A DNA stretch of 64,000 nt. Source: Candidatus Magasanikbacteria bacterium GW2011_GWA2_56_11. GTDB lineage: Bacteria > Patescibacteriota > Patescibacteriia > Magasanikbacterales > UBA922. Location: assembly GCA_001004885.1 (NCBI GenBank), contig LCRX01000014.1, positions 1,565 to 65,564 of the forward strand, in the 5' to 3' direction. Positions 60,360 through 64,000 of the stretch are shown piece after piece. Each line of letters begins with the position of its first letter. Positions within the stretch are counted from its first letter, which is position 1. The translations under genes and the position numbers were made by a program. The notes below the pieces were generated by a model, which saw nothing but the letters and a program-made list of their open reading frames with translations, had not been told where the DNA came from and did no database searches.

Positions 60360-61624
60360 AACTTTTTTTGCAGAATTTCCATTGCCTTCTCCACTCCTTT
60401 ATCCGTGTAATCTTCGCGGTCCGTGCCGGTTTCACCCGGCTTTTGTTCGAACATCTCGTCCACCGTAATGTCGGGATCGATCCCGATGCCGTCAATCTCG
60501 CGATTTTTGGGCGTAAGCCACTTGGCAATGGTCAGCTTCAACGCCGAACCGTCGGGCAGCGGCTCGAAGTCCTGGACCGAACCTTTGCCGAATGTTTTGG
60601 CGCCTACTATATCGGCCACGCCATGATCCTGCAGGGCGCCGGCCACAATCTCGGCTCCCGAGGCTGTGCCTTCGTCTACGAGCACGACCGTGGGCACCCC
60701 GGCAAACCGGTGCAGGCCGCTGGTTTTATACTCGTTAATTTCATTGTTAACGAATCGTTCACGCACGATAACCCCCTCCTCCACCCACTCGCTCGCCACC
60801 AAGATAGAACGGTCCAAAAAGCCGCCGGGGTTGCTCCGCAAATCCAGGATAATGCCGCGCGGTTTAAAGGCCGCGATTTCGCCCGCGATCTTATTAAACT
60901 CCTGGCTGGTGGTCTCGTTGAAGTAGCTGACGCGCAAATAGGCGATTCCATCGGCCTTTTTCTCCCATGTTACCGACGGTACGTTAATTTTTTCCCGGGT
61001 TATCTCCACCTCTCGCGTTTCGCTCTCGCCTCCCCGGAGGATCAGCAGCTTAACGGCCGTGCCCCTCGGGCCGCGAATTTTGCCGACAGCCTCGTCGAGA
61101 GACAAACCGAAAGTCTCTTGGCCGTTGATCGTGAAGATTTTATCCTTGGCCCTGAGGCCGGCTTTTTCCGCCGGCGAACCGGGCAGGGGCGCGATGACGA
61201 TAAGTTGTTCTTCCTTGAGGCCGATCTCGGCTCCGATTCCTTCAAACTCTCCGGACAGGTCTTTGGCAAACTCCTCGGCCTTCTGCGGCGGAAAGTAGGC
61301 CGAATAGGGGTCATGAAGAGACCGGACCATGCCCTCGACTGAACCGTAAAACAAATCCACGTCTCCGACCGGTTGGTTGACGTATTTAGCCTTGATCTTG
61401 TCCCAGACTTCCCAGTATTGCGTGAAACTGACGGCAGACGATCGCGACTGGCCGTATAGATCGAGCACCTGGGTAATCTCCACATCCCGCGAATCGGCGA
61501 AAAGAGTCTCCCGCAAATTCACGCCAAATCCGGCCGCGGCGCCCAAAGCAAAAAATAATGCCGCGAGCGCGGGACGGCCCAGGGAGCGGTTCGCCGAACT
61601 GGAAGTCTCATGATGTTCAGACAT
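60356..61624 (-). CDS. ctpA: carboxyl-terminal processing protease (S41) with PDZ domain
   Basis: PDZ segment, S41 core TASGAEIVAGALQDH...GKGSVQ. Confidence 0.8.
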   Translation of the reverse strand: MSEHHETSSSANRSLGRPALAALFFALGAAAGFGVNLRETLFADSRDVEITQVLDLYGQSRSSAVSFTQYWEVWDKIKAKYVNQPVGDVDLFYGSVEGMVRSLHDPYSAYFPPQKAEEFAKDLSGEFEGIGAEIGLKEEQLIVIAPLPGSPAEKAGLRAKDKIFTINGQETFGLSLDEAVGKIRGPRGTAVKLLILRGGESETREVEITREKINVPSVTWEKKADGIAYLRVSYFNETTSQEFNKIAGEIAAFKPRGIILDLRSNPGGFLDRSILVASEWVEEGVIVRERFVNNEINEYKTSGLHRFAGVPTVVLVDEGTASGAEIVAGALQDHGVADIVGAKTFGKGSVQDFEPLPDGSALKLTIAKWLTPKNREIDGIGIDPDITVDEMFEQKPGETGTDREDYTDKGVEKAMEILQKKL

Positions 61625-61643
61625 AATAATTGTGGCCTATAAT

Positions 61644-62927
61644 TTATTCACTGCGGGTAATTTGGGCGCCCAGTTTTTGGAGTGTTGACTCGAGATGGGG
61701 ATAACCGCGGTCAATATGTTCCACGCTTTCCACGGTTGTCCTCCCGGCAGCCGCCAGGCCGGCGGCGACATAAGCCATGCCGGCTCTGAGATCCGGAGCC
61801 TGGAGCGGACGGCCCTCGAGCGGCGTCCGCCCGTTCACCACCACGCGGTGCGGGTCGGCTATGATAATGTTGGCGCCCATGCCGTTGAGGTAGTCCGCGA
61901 AAAACATGCGGCCGGGGTACATTTTCTCAAAAAACAGCGTTGCCCCTTTGGCCTGAGTGGCAAGCACGATCGCCAGACTCATCATATCGGTGGGAAAACA
62001 GGGCCACGGCTGCGAATAAATGCCCTTGGTGCGCGCCCACGCCTGGTTCTCCACCGTTAGCCGCTGCCGCTTGGGCACTACCAGATCGGCGCCGTCAGCC
62101 TGAGTGCGTATGCCCAGCTGGCGAAAAAAGTACAGAATGGATTTTAGATCCTCGTGCCTCACGTCTTTCACCGTCAGTTCGCCGCCGGTTACCGCCGACA
62201 GCACTATCATCGTTCCGACATAGACGTAATCCGGCGGCACCGGCACTGTCGCCCCTCGGAGTTCGGCCACGCCGCGTATCTCCAGCCGGTTGGTGCCGAC
62301 GCCTTTTATATCGGCGCCCATGACCGAGAGCATCTCGCACAAAGCCTGGACATGCGGCTCGGAAGCCGCATTCGTTATGGTCGTGCGGCCGGGCGCCAAT
62401 ACGGCGGCGAGGAGTACGTTTTCAGTGGCCGTAACGCTAGGCTCGTACAAGAACACCTCGGCCCCGCGCAACTTTCCCGACAAAGAAAAAGACTCGAAAG
62501 ACAGCCAGCGGAACTTGGCTCCCAGCTGGCGCAGCCCGTCGAAATGGGCGGTCATTTCCCGCGGTCCGATTTTGTCCCCGCCGGGTAAAAAACTAGTCAC
62601 CTGTCCCTGGCGTGCGAGAAGCGGACCCAAAAACATATTCGACGCTCGCATTTTTTGCGCCGCCTCCCGCTCGATGCCAGCGGCGGAAACGGCGGGGGTG
62701 TGCACGGTCAACCGTCCTGTCTCGGGCCGATAGTCCACTTTGGCGCCCAGCTCTTTCATGATCCCCAGCATCACGGTTACATCGCTGATAGCCGGCACGT
62801 TTTCGAACGTAACCGGTTCGGCGGTCAGCAAAGTCGCCGGGATCATTTTCAGAATCGCGTTCTTGTTCCCGATAGGTTTGACAACGCCGCCCAACGGACG
62901 CCCGCCCTCAATGATGAACTTGGACAT
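61644..62927 (-). CDS. murA: UDP-N-acetylglucosamine 1-carboxyvinyltransferase
   Basis: MSKFIIEGGRPLGG start and EPSP-synthase fold repeats. Confidence 0.9.
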   Translation of the reverse strand: MSKFIIEGGRPLGGVVKPIGNKNAILKMIPATLLTAEPVTFENVPAISDVTVMLGIMKELGAKVDYRPETGRLTVHTPAVSAAGIEREAAQKMRASNMFLGPLLARQGQVTSFLPGGDKIGPREMTAHFDGLRQLGAKFRWLSFESFSLSGKLRGAEVFLYEPSVTATENVLLAAVLAPGRTTITNAASEPHVQALCEMLSVMGADIKGVGTNRLEIRGVAELRGATVPVPPDYVYVGTMIVLSAVTGGELTVKDVRHEDLKSILYFFRQLGIRTQADGADLVVPKRQRLTVENQAWARTKGIYSQPWPCFPTDMMSLAIVLATQAKGATLFFEKMYPGRMFFADYLNGMGANIIIADPHRVVVNGRTPLEGRPLQAPDLRAGMAYVAAGLAAAGRTTVESVEHIDRGYPHLESTLQKLGAQITRSE

Positions 62928-63110
62928 ACCGGCATTGAATAATGGCTGAATATTCAGTATAATTATACTCAGTGCTTACGAAAAAAGCAACTCTTATCCC
63001 CCGGCAAGTTTTTTATGGCACTGCGCTTATTTCCGCGCCGGCAGCCGCACTCGAGGCCGCGGCGCGACGGCATTGATTTCCGCATTACCCGGCCTATCCG
63101 CATTTCCATA

Positions 63111-64000
63111 ATGCTCGGTTTATTTTTAGTTTTTTTCACGTTTTCCCCAGCCGTTATTCTTTATACTGCCGGCTATCGCTTCAGCTGGCAGGACAAAGCT
63201 ATTAAAAAAACCGGCGTCATCAGCCTCGACGCCGAACCAACTGACGCCGAGGTGCTAATAAACGGCATCGCCGTCAAAGGAAAAATGCCGCTGAGACTGG
63301 CCAACCGCGCCCCTGGATCTTACCGCCTGGTTATCCGTCGAGAGGGCTATATTCCCTGGAGCACGGACATAGTCGTCGCGAGCAACCAGACAACCTTTAT
63401 CAAAGACGTACGCCTGTTTAAACAGTCCAAGCCAGAGCGTTTTTCCCTTCTTTCCGATCCGGTAGAGGCCGTATATGCCGCTCCCGACGCCGACTCGCTT
63501 CTGGCCCTAACCTACACGACAAGCACCTGGCGAATCATGCATGTCAAACCAAGCGCGCAAAAAACAACGTCCCTGGCGGAAGTCCCCCGCACGGCTCTGC
63601 CGCCGACCGTCTCGCTCTCGCCGGATCGCACCGCCGCTCTGATTATCTCCGGCGATGACGCCGGCCGGCCGGAACTTACCCTTATAGACATGGAAAGGCC
63701 GGAGACCAAAAAAACAGTGGCCTTTGGGGGAAACCAGTCGCCCCGGTACCAATGGTCGCAAACCGGGCCGGCAGGAAGGTTATTTATCGAGGCCAACGGC
63801 ACGCTCGAAATAGTGAGTCCCGGAGAGCCGCAGAAAATAGTCGGATCAGTTTCCTCCCCTGTCTGGTTTGCCGAAAGCCAATCTAAAATCTGGACTCTTC
63901 AAGGCACCACCCTCACTAGCCTTGTGAACGGCCGGGACGAAGCGGCCTACACGATTGCCCGGCCGGCGGAAAGCATCATAGACGCCAATCAACACCGCAT
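63111..64000 (+). CDS. PEGA domain-containing membrane protein (partial, runs off window end)
   Basis: N-terminal TM, PEGA module (VLINGIAVKGKMPLRLANRAPGSYRLVIRREGYIPW); no stop before 64000. Confidence 0.5.
   Translation, partial: MLGLFLVFFTFSPAVILYTAGYRFSWQDKAIKKTGVISLDAEPTDAEVLINGIAVKGKMPLRLANRAPGSYRLVIRREGYIPWSTDIVVASNQTTFIKDVRLFKQSKPERFSLLSDPVEAVYAAPDADSLLALTYTTSTWRIMHVKPSAQKTTSLAEVPRTALPPTVSLSPDRTAALIISGDDAGRPELTLIDMERPETKKTVAFGGNQSPRYQWSQTGPAGRLFIEANGTLEIVSPGEPQKIVGSVSSPVWFAESQSKIWTLQGTTLTSLVNGRDEAAYTIARPAESIIDANQHR

Overview
The window is a roughly 58-60% GC bacterial chromosome segment from an uncultivated-looking lineage. The backbone carries housekeeping genes: rnpB, secD/secF, secA, hpf, murB, mraY, a murC/mpl-family ligase, glyA, tsaE, a class II fumarase/aspartase, cls, pyrG, rplI, era, ribH/ribE and a riboflavin kinase, ctpA, murA, and a bacterial Elp3. 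Two compositionally foreign blocks interrupt it. (1) A ~2.2 kb block at ~72% GC (15.6-17.7 kb) holds two hypothetical genes. (2) A ~12.5 kb block at ~38% GC (28.6-41.1 kb) is a co-oriented array of small, functionally unrelated genes on the minus strand. Each unit is followed by an imperfect inverted-repeat element 59-200 bp long whose ends match the integron attC core sites (RYYYAAC ... GTTRRRY, e.g. GCCTAAC ... GTTAGGC). The array ends at an attI-like GTTAGGT next to a divergently transcribed XerC/D-like tyrosine recombinase that lacks the IntI-specific insertion and is translationally coupled to elp3. This is the main candidate for a previously undescribed system. The array's cargo includes a Septu-like ATPase plus HNH pair, a Fic protein, a 2H phosphoesterase plus Tgs1-like methyltransferase pair, a Nudix-GNAT fusion, VOC and cupin proteins and a LysE exporter. 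Other notable items: SecD with two parvulin PPIase domains inserted in its periplasmic head; a ~120 bp palindromic repeat in three copies flanking rplI and apparently truncating era; a 690-aa coiled-coil protein with a CX4CX2C radical-SAM-like segment in an operon with a frameshifted secreted protein; an ATP-grasp plus papain-like peptidase operon; and a 575 bp GC-rich convergent intergenic region that may encode an ncRNA. No tRNA, rRNA or CRISPR was detected.
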